From: Octopus sinensis
Lineage: Eukaryota
DNA: 64,000 nt
Reading direction: 5' to 3'
Assembly (NCBI RefSeq): GCF_006345805.1
Contig: NC_043005.1
Span: 28,024,001 to 28,088,000, forward strand
How positions within the stretch are numbered: position 1 is the stretch's first letter; each line of letters starts with the position of its first letter. Below, piece after piece: positions 24,226-37,111 of the stretch. A program made the translations under genes and the position numbers. The notes under the pieces were generated by a model. It had not been told where the DNA came from and made no database searches. It was given only the letters and a program-made list of their open reading frames with translations.

Positions 24226-24925
24226 CGGTGTATGTACACTTTGCTCTTTTATATGTAAGTACACATTTCACTAAATCTTGTACAACTTTTTCCAATCTTT
24301 CTCCCCACTCTCTCACATTTCTTTACCTTTCTTAATTTGCCCTTCACTATGTCCCTGTCTTTCTTTTTTTCTCCCCACTTGATTCTTCAGTCTATCTACT
24401 TCTTCTATACACTCTCTCTCACTCTCTCTCTCTGTCTTTTCTCCCCTCCTTAATTCCTTTGTTCCCTTTTTCTTTCTCTTCTTACATGACCGTTGGCCAA
24501 CTGCTAGCCCTTTTGCATTTGACTGTGGTCACTGCCACATCGATATTCTTCCCTCTGCCTAAGGCTTAATTTCTATACATGCCAGCTGAATTCAATTCAT
24601 TCTCAGTCGAAAGACACCTGTTGTTATTATTATTATTATTGTTTTTTTATTGTATTTTGTATTCGTCTGTTTTTTTTATTGTATTTTGTATTCGTCTGTT
24701 TTTCCGTCCTTGTTTCGTATACATTCGTTGCTTTTTTCCAAGGAATCTAATGCTCTTAGCTTAGTTTTTTCCTTGGGGCTGGCCAGATTGGAGCAATCTC
24801 AAGATTAATCAGCCGAAATTGCGATGGTGATCCGGTTCTTGACTGAAGATAAAAAGCTTCGAATGACCTGTCCGTGTTTTTTTTGATCGTCTATCTGGAT
24901 GTTTTGTTGTCCTGTTTTGCCTTCT
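24050..24925 (+). mobile_element. Repeat family F with about 130-bp terminal direct repeat
   Basis: AATCAGCC(A/G)AAATTGCG...GACTGAAGATAAAA.GCTT...CTGGATGTTTTGTTGTCC at about 24058 and 24808; both ends in (TA)n. Confidence 0.75.
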
Positions 24926-24927
24926 TA

Positions 24928-24967
<40 letters not shown>

Positions 24968-25047
24968 TATATATATAGTATATATATATATATATATATG
25001 TGTGTGTATATATATATATATATATGTATAATATTATATATAGTACA

Positions 25048-25119
25048 TAACCTGAAGATTGACTGTAACCATAACTCAAATTATTACGAATTGTACAGCC
25101 ATGAAACGATCGTAGTGTT
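25048..25119 (+). ncRNA. Hammerhead motif H3, second variant
   Basis: AC CTGAAGA T TGACTGTA [loop] TACAGCCA T GAA ACGATCGT A GT; stem I only 2 bp in this copy. Confidence 0.6.
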
Positions 25120-25347
25120 TTACTCTTTATCTTTTATTAAACTTTTAATACTTTTGATATATATTTAAAATAATATAAATTAATTAATTTTATGTATTGG
25201 CTTATGTTTTTCATTGTTTGATTTGCCTAATAGTGCTTTTATCTCTAATTTAATATAATATAATATAATATATTTTACTATAAAATTGGATTTAATCCTA
25301 AATCTGATTTTTCCCTGTAAGTTTGGATTTATTCCCTAATATTTTAT

Positions 25348-25390
<43 letters not shown>

Positions 25391-25402
25391 CTATATATAT
25401 AT

Positions 25403-25552
25403 GACGGGCTTCTTTCAGTATCCATCTACCAAATCCACTCCCAAGGCTTTGGTCGGCCTGATGCTATAGTAGAAGACACTTGCTTAAGAAGCCACGCAGT
25501 TGGACTGACCCCAGAACCATGTGTTTGGTAAGCAAGCCACTTACCACACAAA
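25403..25552 (-). mobile_element. SINE family B 5' part
   Basis: ACGGGCTTCTTTCAGT...AGAAGACACTTGC...AGCAAGCCACTTACCACAC. Confidence 0.8.
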
Positions 25553-25624
25553 GTGATTGGTTCAAACAAAGTATCAAAGTTTGAAATCCTTTAGGAGAAA
25601 GACAACAGGCTGGCAGACATATTA

Positions 25625-25815
25625 GTATGTTGGGCAAAATGTTTAGTGGAATTTCTTCCAGTTCTTTCCATTCTGAATTCAAATCCTGCTCAGTTCAACT
25701 TTACTTCTCATCCTTTGGCATCAATAAAATAAAATGCCAATCCAGTACTGAGGTTGATGTACTCAGCTTACCCTCTACCCTGATAATCACTGGCCTTGTG
25801 CCAAAATTAGAAAGC
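25625..25815 (+). mobile_element. SINE family C (degenerate)
   Basis: TCTGAATTCAAATCC...CATCCTTTGGCATCAATAAAATAAAATGCCAATCCAGTACTGAGGTTGATGT. Confidence 0.65.
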
Positions 25816-26283
25816 ATAATATTAAATAAGAGGTAGAGAGAGAGAGAGAGAGAGAGAGGAGATAGCATTTTTATATTATTGACAATGATCTCAACACAAT
25901 TGAGCGAAGAATGGTTGCATGATAGAGAATCTAAAGTGTCCTGTTGATTTCCTGTAGATGCAATAAATAAAAGATGAACAAAAAAAAGAGAAAAAAAAGA
26001 AAAGAGAAAGAAGCATGTCCTGAGAAACATATTATCCTAATCAAAACATTTTTCTGAACTAGATCTGCAAATGTTTTCATAAAATTTCCTATCTCTGTTT
26101 TCAACAATATCATTTCCTGTTGACAAAATTACCAAAGAATTTAATCTGGTTTTGTATTTAGAAGATTCCAAACACACGACATGGTGTCCCTGAGCATGTA
26201 GCTCCTCAAGCTACTGTCCCACTTGCTGGTTTATTCATTGAACCCTGCTGATTGCTGACCTATAATAATAGATACAGTCAAAC

Positions 26284-26790
26284 CAGGGCACCAAACGGTT
26301 AATCCATTAATCGTTAATTAACAAAGTTAACATTTTTGTTAATGATTTAACTTTTAAGTTAAGTTTGGAAATCATTTTCAGATTAATTAACTTCCCTTAC
26401 ATTTAACTTTTTTTACATAAACTTGAGTTAACTTCTGTTAACTTCAGTTCAATTGAAGTTAACAGATTTTATAGTTTTGGCACTTTTAAAGCAAAATTTG
26501 GCACTTTAGAGCAAAAATTAATTTTTTTGTTTTTTTTTCTATAATAAAAATTAACATTAACAGTTTATTGGTAACTTACATTACATTTTTAAAGAATTAA
26601 CTGATTAATGGTTATCAAAGTTAACTTTTTGGTTAGCGGATTAACGGTTAACAACATTAACTTTTTGGTTAATGGATTAACAGTTCACAAAAGTTTACTT
26701 TTGGGTTAACGGATTAACGGTTATCAAAGTTAACTTTTTGGTCAATGGATTAATGGTTAACAAAGTTAACTTTTCAATTAATGGTACCTA
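26284..26790. repeat. GTTAAC-rich element ending in about five 36-bp tandem units (26605-26785)
   Basis: Unit approximates TTAACGGTTATCAAAGTTAACTTTTTGGTTAATGGA. Confidence 0.7.
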
Positions 26791-27047
26791 CCATTGGATG
26801 CAGTGGAGTTGTATCAGTGACCAGGTGAAAGAAGAGTGACAAAACTTTTTTTATTAGATCAAAGTAGACAGTTACTATAAAACAATGAACCGAGAATAAA
26901 CAGGATAGTTTTTGTGTCCAGAAATGGCTTTCAATGCCTCTTTGTAATTGTCTCAGTTTCAACAAATGACCTCTGATCAATTCATTTCCCAAACAAGAAC
27001 AACACTTAAAATAATTCTGTAAGTTTTTCTTTTAACAACATTGGCCA

Positions 27048-27674
27048 TACATTATTTACATTTGACGGATATTTGTACTCATCTCATTTGTTGTTAACAC
27101 ATTTCAGCTGATATACCCTCCAGCCTTCATCAGGTGTCTTGGTCCATGGGTATCAGCCCACGGGCATATGGCATAGAGGTTAAGAGCGTGGGCTACCAAC
27201 CCCAAGATTCTAAGTTCGATTCCAAGCAGTGACCTGAATAATAATAACAATGATAATAATAATAATAATAACAATAATAATAGTCAAGATAAAGAGCATG
27301 ATTCGATTGTAAGATATTTTATTAGTTGAACGATATTTCAACAGTACATCTGTCTTTGTCAAGTTCAAAATAAGAAGTGATAAAAGTTTAAAATTACAGA
27401 AATTTAAACGTAAAGTATGAATGAGAGCAACCAGCATCCAGTAACTTAAAAACTGATGATGTCATTCCATCAATGTGTGGACGCTGGTTGCTTTCATTTA
27501 TACTTTACATTTAAATTTCTGTAATTTTGAATATTTATCACTTCTTATTTTGAACTTGACAAAGACAGATGTACTGTTGACATATCGTTCAACTTATAAA
27601 ATATCTTACAATCGAATCGCGCCCTTCATCTTGACTGTTTACCTTTATGAAGAGTTAAGTCAATCCTTTTTAAA

Positions 27675-27748
<74 letters not shown>

Positions 27749-27925
27749 CAACAACATTGAAAAATACATTAGGAATGAGAACCCAGTTTCAAAATTTCTT
27801 CAAGACACTTGATAAAGGCTGGAGAGTATATCAGCTGAAACGTGTTAACAACAAACGAGATGAGGACAAATATCCGTCAAATGTAAATAATGTACATAAT
27901 TCTCATCTCTTAGATATAGAACTGA
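27048..27925 (+). mobile_element. H1 composite: inverted tail fragment (27048-27142, minus) + tRNA head + (AAT)n + tail
   Basis: The minus-strand CTGATGAAGGCTG... fragment lies 12 bp before AGCCCACGGGCATATGGCATAGAGGTTAAGAGC; plus-strand tail at 27755-27925. Confidence 0.85.
27281..27637. mobile_element. Foldback element (about 160-bp arms, 37-bp spacer) inserted in the H1 (AAT)n
   Basis: TAGTCAAGATAAAGAGCATGATTCGATTGTAAGAT... mirrors ...ATCTTACAATCGAATCGCGCCCTTCATCTTGACTG. Confidence 0.85.
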
Positions 27926-28008
27926 ACATTGACCATGCTCATGTTTAATCTTCAATCTAAAAAGTACTTTGACCCACCACTTATCTTTCTGTCATAAAAG
28001 GCCAGTTG

Positions 28009-28221
28009 GGTACTAGAACAAAATTTCTCCGAGGACAAAATCCCTTCTGGACAAAATCCACCCCCAGACAAAATGCCCCCAGAATCTTGTTCTTTCTTTA
28101 CAATAAAAATGTTTTAGGGAAGTGAAATTTTATGAAAAAATTTTGAATATTATTAGTTGATATTTTTGTGTAAAATTTATCCCTGGGGGATTTTGTCCTT
28201 GGGAGATTTTGTCCTGATACC
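28009..28221. mobile_element. MITE-like element with subterminal GACAAAATCCC repeats
   Basis: Termini GGTACTAGAACAAAAT / ATTTTGTCCTGATACC; motif repeated in opposite orientation at each end; no clear TSD. Confidence 0.65.
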
Positions 28222-28369
28222 AGGTTAGTTGTATGTAACTCTGTTAAGAACTACTACACACAGGATGCTAAATGCACATCCACAATGTCAAAAAATGTCA
28301 CCAATGATGTGTACACTGAATTTTTCTTGTTGAAACCAAATCTTTAAAAACTTTACATTGGCCAGTAAA

Positions 28370-28820
28370 TTTGTGATTGAGAAGTTTGTTTCCCAGTTAC
28401 ATGCTTTCCCAGTGACATGGTTTCAGGCAAATATCTTCTATAGACCTGGATCAATAAAAAAAAAAGCCTTTGTGAGTGGATTTCATAGATGGAAACTGAA
28501 AGAAGCCCATCATATGCACGAGTGTATGCATTTATATGTGCATACGTGTATTTGTGTGAGTGAGTTCATATTTCTCTCTTGTTTGCTGATCATAAACAAC
28601 GGCTTCCTGAAGATGTTGCTTGTTTCCAGTTCTCCGCATAAAACACATGGATGTATGTCATTCGGCCGACTGAGGCAGGGGGAATTATTACATCTTCTAA
28701 GAACAAGTGAGGCTGACAACAGGAAGAGCATCCAGCTGTAAAGAAAAACTCTGTTCTAACATACTCTTGCCTGACCCATGCAAGCATAGAAAAGTAGATA
28801 TTAAAATGGTGACGATGTGG
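28370..28820 (+). mobile_element. Degenerate SINE B followed by a SINE A tail
   Basis: AAGCCTTTGTGAGTGGATTT..GGAAACTGAAAGAAGCCC; AGGAAGAGCATCCAGCTGTAAA...GCAAGCATAGAAAAG. Confidence 0.65.
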
Positions 28821-29424
28821 ATATGTTTTATTAAATTTGCTTCACTCTTATAACATATTTTTTCTCTCTCTCTCGTCATCATAGTAGTAGTGGTGGTGGT
28901 GCTGGTGGTGGTGGTGGTGCTGGTGGCACTGGTGGCAGCGGCGGCAGCAGCAGCAGCAGTAGTAGTAATAGTAGTACAAACTGGGCAGGCTCCGAACAAC
29001 AACCTAATTAACTTTTAACCAATGAAATATTTTCTTTTAGTTATTTATATATTTATATTTTATCTTTTTCATTAGCTTGTTTTTTTTATTGTTTTTGTTT
29101 TTGGTTTTTGATGAATTCTCATAAATCTTCATTAATCATTTATCACCAAATCATGGTCAACAATGATTACCATACTTGTGTGTGTGGTGTGTGTGTGTGT
29201 GTGTGTGCGTGTGCGTATGTTTGTGTTTGCATATATTCAACCACACATACACACACAGAGTTTTATTGGAGCTGGAAAGCTTCTCAAATCATTATTCAGA
29301 GTATTATGTAGCAGATCATCATCATTATCTTTCTGAGGGATTTGTTACCTCAAAACTCCGAGTAATGGTAGGTGAAGTTTTTCAACATCAGTAAAACACT
29401 ATATTTTACCCTGTCTTAGGTATA

Positions 29425-29720
29425 TCATCATCATCATCATTGTTTAATGTCTACCTACCATGCTGGCATGGGTGGGACAGTTTGGCAGGAATTAGCCAGG
29501 TAGAAGCTTGCACCAGACTTCTGTGACTGTTTTTGGCAGGATTTTTACCGCTGGATGCCCTTCAGCAGAGTAGACTTAGTGTTTTTACATGGCAGAAGCA
29601 CAGGTGAGGTCAGTTTTGGCAAGGTTTTTACACCTGGATGCCCTTCCTAACACTAAGAGTGGGCTTAGTGCTTTTTAAATGATACCTGCACTGACAGGGT
29701 TACCAAGTACCTTGTACGAC
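29425..29720 (-). mobile_element. SINE-like family A (degenerate, internally duplicated)
   Basis: (TCA)n; CTGGATGCCCTTC occurs twice. Confidence 0.7.
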
Positions 29721-30762
29721 AAATATATATATGTACACACATACGTATATGTGTGTGTATACTCATCTGTGTGTGTGTGTGTGTGTGTCTTAGTGTATCT
29801 TTGCATTCAAAGTGGTGATGGTAAACATAAAAAAACATAAATCAAAGGGTCTGCAGTGGTTTGATGTGCAAAGGTGTAGAATAAAGTACCTCACTTGAAA
29901 ACAAGTAAGTGTTGGCTCCAGAAAAAAGCTTGTAGTCATAGAATACTACCTCAAGAAATCTCAGCCAACCCATGACAGCACAGGAAGAACAGATATAAAA
30001 GCAATGATGGTGATATACATTTGCTATAACTGGGTTTTTTTTCAAGGTTTTGTCTTTCACATCAGGCATGCATGTATATGTGTGTGTTTTCATAACCTAC
30101 AAATCTGGTTCTCCAGCTGAGGGTGTTGTTAAATTATTCTTATTTAAATATCACATCCCTTGAGGGACAAATGTATGACTTCTTAACCAAAGTACATGAG
30201 TTCAAATTTATCCTGGTTCCACATCACATTACTTTGTATGACCCACTAAACTACAGCTTGGAGATCAAACTGTAATTTCAATGTACATTTTCCCTTCTTT
30301 GAGAATACTCTGGGGTTTAAACTACCCATAAAAGTTTTGTTGATGTGTTTTATAATTTTTTTTTTCATTTCTGTAGATCTATTAAAATTTAATTCACATT
30401 ATAGGAATCAACCTTGGGATTTGAATGGTACTTTATTTCATCAACACCAGAAGAATAAAAGGCAAATGACCTTAACAGGTTTTAGTCTTACAATATAAAA
30501 GGCCATAACTAAATACCCTAGACATTTTTTATGTTCTAATCTGTCATTTCATATAGAAAATGAAAAAGAGTTGGCTTTGCATTATATGTTGTAGCACACT
30601 GATAACTTCAGAGCATTTCAATGAAGACAATATGTTGAGTTCTTTCAACCAGAAACGTTTTAATTAATTCAGAAATTTTTCATGCACCTAAATGTTGGAT
30701 TATACTTTCAACACAATATTCAGTTTAAACCTATGATGATCTTACTGTCATCAAGACTGCTC

Positions 30763-30799
<37 letters not shown>

Positions 30800-31935
30800 G
30801 TGCATTTTGAAGACTAGGATAACATGAGAAAGGAAATTAAATAATTCCAAATTTTAGTTAGTGGAAGTATTTGTCATGGCTGGTACTTTTTAAGGAGTTT
30901 ATCAGAACTTACATGTGAGTTATGTTTTTTATTTTATTATAACTGGATGAAAAGTTATGCCAGGGATAATATATTTGGAGTAAGATCACTGTAGAATATC
31001 ACCCCTGAGTTCTGTAGCACCAGCATAGATATTATCTAAATCTAAAAAGTGGTCCAGTGGGTGAGATAGTAAACCTAACTTTGTTCGTGAAGGGACGGAA
31101 ACCTCAGAGGATAAATTTGATTTTCTCAACAAGTCACAGTTCTTTTCAGCATCTATGATATTTAACATCAGTGATTCCCAACCATTATCGCCAAACACTT
31201 ACAACATCCCCAACTTTTATATTCTTATCTAATACAGGTAAGGGCCATGGCTGAATTTAAAATTAATGTATAACACACTAAATCTTAATTGCTTTTTGTA
31301 TCATCCTAGGGATGCAGTACAGACCATTTAGGGAACCACTGTTTTACATAATATTCTTGAGCCAACAAGGAAGTCTGACCTAACTAGAGAGCCCTCTTGA
31401 ACCAAACAGAGGGGATTCATGAATCAAAGAGACAATGGGTCTTAAGCTAAAACATGGAGGAATCTTGAACCAACAAAAGAGCAGCTACGTGGTCCTTTGG
31501 TCTGCTAGAAATAGTAATCAAATCTCTCTCAGATCACACCTATCAACTTAAATATACTATTCTCAATAAATGACAATGTGGTCATGTTGGATCAGAGCTA
31601 ATTTAAAGCTATACAGAAAACAATCACTATGTCTTCGGACACCCTCCATGTTACTATGATGTCCAGTAAAAGTACCAGGGTGGGGGTGAGGAAGCTATGT
31701 AGGTGATATTGCTCCCCAGTTTGGTTTTGTACAAGTTACAGGTCCATACGGTCAAAAGACTGTGTGAAGGTGGCAATAGAGTTTAGTGTGGTTTGATAGA
31801 GAGATTATCTCTAAAGAGACATCATAGACACACCTCTGCAAGTTGTTGAATATCGGATTCAAAATGATTTTACTATATCTCATTGAATCAATAACAAACT
31901 GTGTGAAGAAAAATCCCTTTGATAAGATCAATTAA

Positions 31936-32155
31936 CCCTTTTGTTACTGTATTTATTTTGAGATACTCTGTGTTTCTTTCAATTACTTTAAATATAACAA
32001 AGAATTTAGTAAAATAACATAGTTATCATTCAGCTAGTATTAGGAACATAAATTGTGACTAAGGTTTGGTGGAAGATTTTAGTTCAAAACTTTTGAAAAC
32101 AAGACATTTGTACTCAGAACCAGAACTGGTTTCAGCCAGGTTGGTAACGAAAGGG
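31936..32155. mobile_element. piggyBac-type MITE
   Basis: TTAA|CCCTTTTGTTAC ... GTAACGAAAGGG|TTGA: CCC/GGG termini with TTAA-like flanks. Confidence 0.75.
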
Positions 32156-32449
32156 TTGATGTTCTCAAGCATATGTTGTTTGACTCTAGGCCAACCCTGA
32201 TCAGGAGAACAGTGAATAATGGCACTCCAGCCATGTCCATCTTTTCTAAGTAAGACCATATTTTCTGATGTGCCTTTTTATTATTTAAGATGTTAGTGTG
32301 TAGTTTGAGAGATATTTAGCTACTATTTCCAGTAGACTGTATGACCATATAGAAGTGAATTATGTTATAAGTACTCTAGGTGGCATAGAAGGAAACTTGA
32401 GTATCATAACAAGATTGAAACAGGCTTATAGTCATACCATACAGCATCT

Positions 32450-33605
32450 CTCTCTCTCACACACATACACAGATGCACACAAACACACACACACACACAG
32501 ATGCACACAAACACACACACACATAAACATGCATGCACATACACAGACACACACAAAAACACATACACACACAAACACACACACACAAACACACATACAC
32601 AAACACACACACACAAACACACACACCGTTGCACACACACACATGCACACACACACATACACACACACACATATACACACAAACACACACACACACACAC
32701 ACACACACAATGATAAGTGGGATGAAGGTGAGGGTTAAGAGAAAGAAGCACTACAAGGTAGGAATACCAAATATGGTGTGTGTGTGTGTGTGTGTGTGTT
32801 TGTATGTCATGTTGAGGGTAGAGAAAGGAATTAGCAGTGACATCCGATCAAGCAAGACTTGATCCAACTGCCTGCAAGACAGCAACAACAGCAACAACAT
32901 GGACCAATAACAAGTAGATAAGAGAAAATAAACAGTGACTGTTCATCTAAAGGGACCAAGTGGTTTTCACACAGACAGGTATCAATTACTGCTGCTCCTC
33001 CCACTTCATTTTGCAGACTACAAAAATCCTTTCTTCCTTCTTTTTCTTCTTCCTTCTTCTCTTTTCCTTTCTTTCTTTCTTTTCTTTTTTACTTCTTTCC
33101 TTAGTTTCTTTCTGTTCACTCACATCTTACACTGTTTTCTTATACTTTTACTTTCTCCTCTTGTTCCCTTCCTCCCTCCATCTCTCACTCTCTTTCTTTC
33201 TCTCTCACCCTCTCTCTTTCGTTTTCTCCCTCTCCCCCACTCTTTCTCTCCCTCTTCCTCTCTCTTTCTCCCTCTTCCCACTCTCTCTCTCTCTTTCTTT
33301 CTCTCCCTCTCTCTCTTTCTTTTTCTCCCTCTCCCCTCTCTCTTCTTCTCTCCCTCTTTCTGTTTCTCCCTCTCTCTCCCCTCTCTCTTTCTGTCTTTCT
33401 CTATCCCTCTCTCTCCCTCTTCCTTTCTCTTTCGCCCTCTCCTCCTCCTCCTCCTCCTCCCCTCTCTCTCTCTTGTGTTCTTCTGTCGCAACTGAGACTG
33501 CTATTGCAACCTCTTCCTCTTCTTCTGCTGCTGCTGCTGCTAATGCTGCAACTGCTGCTGCTGCTGTTATTTCTGTTACTGCAGCTGCTGCTGCTGCTGC
33601 TGCCG
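32450..33605. repeat. Cluster of (CA)n, (TG)n, (CT)n and (GCT)n tracts
   Basis: Direct reading; source of the long spurious ORFs at 32355-33717. Confidence 0.9.
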
Positions 33606-33746
33606 ATATAGCAATTCCTTTATTGCACGGGTGAAGCAGTTGGAAAAAAAAAAAAAAAGATAAGTAAAACAGGGCGGGCGGCGTGTAAAAAGGATACCAC
33701 CTCTGGATAAAACACATACCGTGAAACTACATAACCTGAGGAAAAG

Positions 33747-33820
<74 letters not shown>

Positions 33821-34274
33821 TTATTTATATATATATATATCATACACACACTTACACGCATACACATATATACTGGAAAGATTTGAAAATTTGAAAGAAA
33901 TCCAGGCATCACCAATAACAGAATGCGGAAGGTAAGTTGGGAAAATAAAGTCTACAGCTTTGAATAGGTAAAATCCCACCCACAAAAAAATCTAAAAAGA
34001 TTGCCAAATTAATTTTCAGGTAAATGTGTGTGTGTGTGTGTGTGTGTGTGAGCAAGCACGTGCACATATGTGCATGTATATGCGTATAGGTGTGTCAAAA
34101 TGTGAGGTTGTGTTTGTAAAGTGCATATGCATGTGTATGTGTATGTGTGTGTGTGTGTGTGTGTTGTGTGTGTGTGTGTGTGGTGTGTGTGTGTGTGTGC
34201 GTGCGGCCATGTGTCTAGTCCGGTTCACATTGCTTGTCATTGTTGTCGCTATTCCTTTAGTTGTAATTGTTGTT

Positions 34275-34440
34275 ATTTAGTCCCCGGTCAGTCCTGAGCG
34301 AGTGAACCCATGACCAAAACCATTCCATTCATGACCATCCTGTCTTTTTAAAAATATGTACAACCGTATAATGTAATGTGTTTGATTTGTGGAAGATTTG
34401 GCTGTTATGACCACCAGGTCAAGAGACCATGTAGATTTGG
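34275..34440 (+). mobile_element. Interspersed repeat family E (related pieces near 32185, 37600, 38940, 39300, 42040)
   Basis: Shared CCCCAGGTCAGTCCTG...CATTCCAGCCATGACCATCC...GATTTGGCTGCTATTT motifs. Confidence 0.6.
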
Positions 34441-34594
34441 TGATGCTGGTGGTCAAGTTGGTAGCAAGGATGCGCTTATTGTTGTTGTAACACCACAATT
34501 ATCCTCATCATCATCATCATCATCAATAGTAATAATTTTCACTGAATATTATTATTATTATCACTATTATTATTATTACTATTATTATTATTAG

Positions 34595-34803
34595 GGTGGT
34601 AAGCCGGCAGAATCGTTAGTGTGTCAAACAAAGTACTTAGCAGTATTTCTTTTAACTCATTATGTTCTGAGTTCAGATACTGCTGAGGTCATCCTTTCGG
34701 GGTTGATAAAATAATACCAGTTGATCGCTAGGGTCAAATATAATCAACTTACTCCCCTCCTCCAAAACTGCAGGTATTAACCAAAATTTGAAACCACTAC
34801 TAC

Positions 34804-34854
<51 letters not shown>

Positions 34855-34880
34855 CATTATCATTGTTATTGTTATTGTTA

Positions 34881-34911
<31 letters not shown>

Positions 34912-35130
34912 CATTATTATTATTATTATTATTATTAGTGTTGTGGATTGGCAGAATTATTAGAGTGTCAGACAAAAAGCTTTGCAGCATTCATGCCGGC
35001 TCTTTATATTCCAAATTAAGATTCCATCCTCCTGTAGTCGATAAAATAAAATTCAAGCCAAGTCCTGGAGTTGATGATATTAACTAACCTTCTCTCCTCG
35101 AAATTTCTGGCCTTGTGCCTAAATCGGAAA
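34595..35130 (+). mobile_element. Two SINE C copies separated by (ATT)n
   Basis: GCCGGCAGAATCGTTAG...TTCTGAGTTCAG...CATCCTTTCGGGGTTGATAAAAT; second copy GGCAGAATTATTAG...GTCGATAAAATAA. Confidence 0.7.
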
Positions 35131-35269
35131 TTATTATTATTATCATTATTATTATTATAATTTTACCTACCTTAATATATGTTCCTCTATAGCATATTCC
35201 TCTCCTTTTCTCTCTTACTCTCTATCTTTCCATCTATCACTTTACCTACCTGTCTACTTAACTGACATT

Positions 35270-35706
35270 ACCAATCCATCCATTCATCCACCCATCCACC
35301 CATCCATCCATCCATCCATCCATCCATCCATCCATCCATCCATCCATCCATCCATCCATCTATCTATCTATGTATCTATCTATCTATCTGTTTATTTATC
35401 TATCTGTGTGTGTGTGTGTGTGTATTTGTGTGTATATATGTATATGCATGTATGTATGTATGTATGTATGTAAACTTAAATATACATTAATTTTAGAGAG
35501 AAAAAAGGAAAGAGAGGAAGAGGGTAGAATCAGATGCAGTGAAAGACTTAAGACTAGTCCATTTTTAAATTAACAAAAGTGCAATACACCCCATATTATA
35601 GACATTATCATACTTGCCGTAATGATTAAATATTCAGTAAAATTTAACTACCAATAGTGCTTTACTTACAAACATAAAGGTATATGCACATACATATGCA
35701 ATGTGT

Positions 35707-35738
<32 letters not shown>

Positions 35739-37076
35739 GTGTGTATGTATGCATGCATTATATGTATGTGTGTATGTGCATATACATGTATGTGTGCATA
35801 TATATGTATGTGTGTATGTATGCATGCATTTAGAAAGAAAGTGTGCATATGAGCAAAGCACTAACGTGTATTGCATATTAATGCACAATTCCAAACAAGA
35901 CCAAAACTGCTTGAAAGTAAGAAAAAAGAAAGAAAAAGATTGGAAAAATATAAAAATATGAAATGTAGAAGGGAGCACAGAAACGAAGAATTTCTCTGTA
36001 ATCTGATCCTAAGAGTTTATTTCTGGGAGAGTAGCAAAATGAAATGAAATGATGGTGGCACCTCTTTTCCAAAACACACCTGTAATATTTGAGCGAACTA
36101 AGTGGTTTCTAGTTAAACACATGCCTGCTTGTCTGCGTGTGTGTATACACTGCAGCACACGTGTGTCTGACTAATATAACTTTCCTAGATTATTTAACAG
36201 TGAGGCTGTCATTTGGTGGAGTCATATTCGACTGCTGTTTAATACACATGCATCATTGTTAATTGAGCCTTTTTATATATTTATATATATATTTATATAT
36301 TTCACACTGTTATCACACAGGCTATGATCAACATCATTACTTCATCACCACTACAACTACTACCAATACCTTCTGCAACCTAAACACCACTGCCAGCAAC
36401 ACATCGCTAATACCTCAAACACCTCAAACACTATCTCATCACTAACAACAACAACAACAATAACACTGCCACCACCACCAACAACAGTACCATCATTTCC
36501 CATGTACCTCATGCTCTACAGCTAATGCTGTTGAAGTACCTTTTTTTCCCATCTTATCACCCGGATAATAATACTCCTTACATCACGGTATCTGAGTATC
36601 TGGTACCACTGAGTATCACTGTATTTTTATACATGCTCACACACATGTGTATGTATATATATATATATACATATATATATGTGTGTGTGTATGTGTGTGT
36701 GTGTGTGTGGTTGTAGTGCACCTGAGCACTGTATACAATAAGATCACTATTATACACATGTATGTATGTATGTATGTATGTATGTATGTATGTATGCATG
36801 TATGTACGTATGTATGTATGTATGTACATATGTATGTAGGTGTGCATGTGTATGTATGTATGTATGTATGTATGTATGTATGCATGTATGTATTAATTAT
36901 ACTGATAATACATCTTTCTTTTCTTTTCTTATGAAAGCAATTAGCAGTTCAATAAAAGTAAAAAGAATTAGATTTAGACCAATAATGTGTATATATTATG
37001 ATACATAGGTACAACTAATACAAACAGACACATAAAAATAAAATCGAGGCACACACACACGCACAAACAGATATAC

Positions 37077-37111
<35 letters not shown>

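Noticed and set aside
24838-24875. CTGAAGA...CGAA in family F as a hammerhead (also 24103, 18041)
   Set aside because: GAA is followed by U rather than A15.1, and neither stem II nor stem I pairs.
26605-26785. 36-bp repeats as a CRISPR array
   Set aside because: The units are contiguous with no unique spacers, there are no cas genes, and the context is eukaryotic.
30986-31198. 70-aa ORF as a terminal coding exon
   Set aside because: GTG start directly after a stop, no pyrimidine-rich acceptor, and a length compatible with chance.
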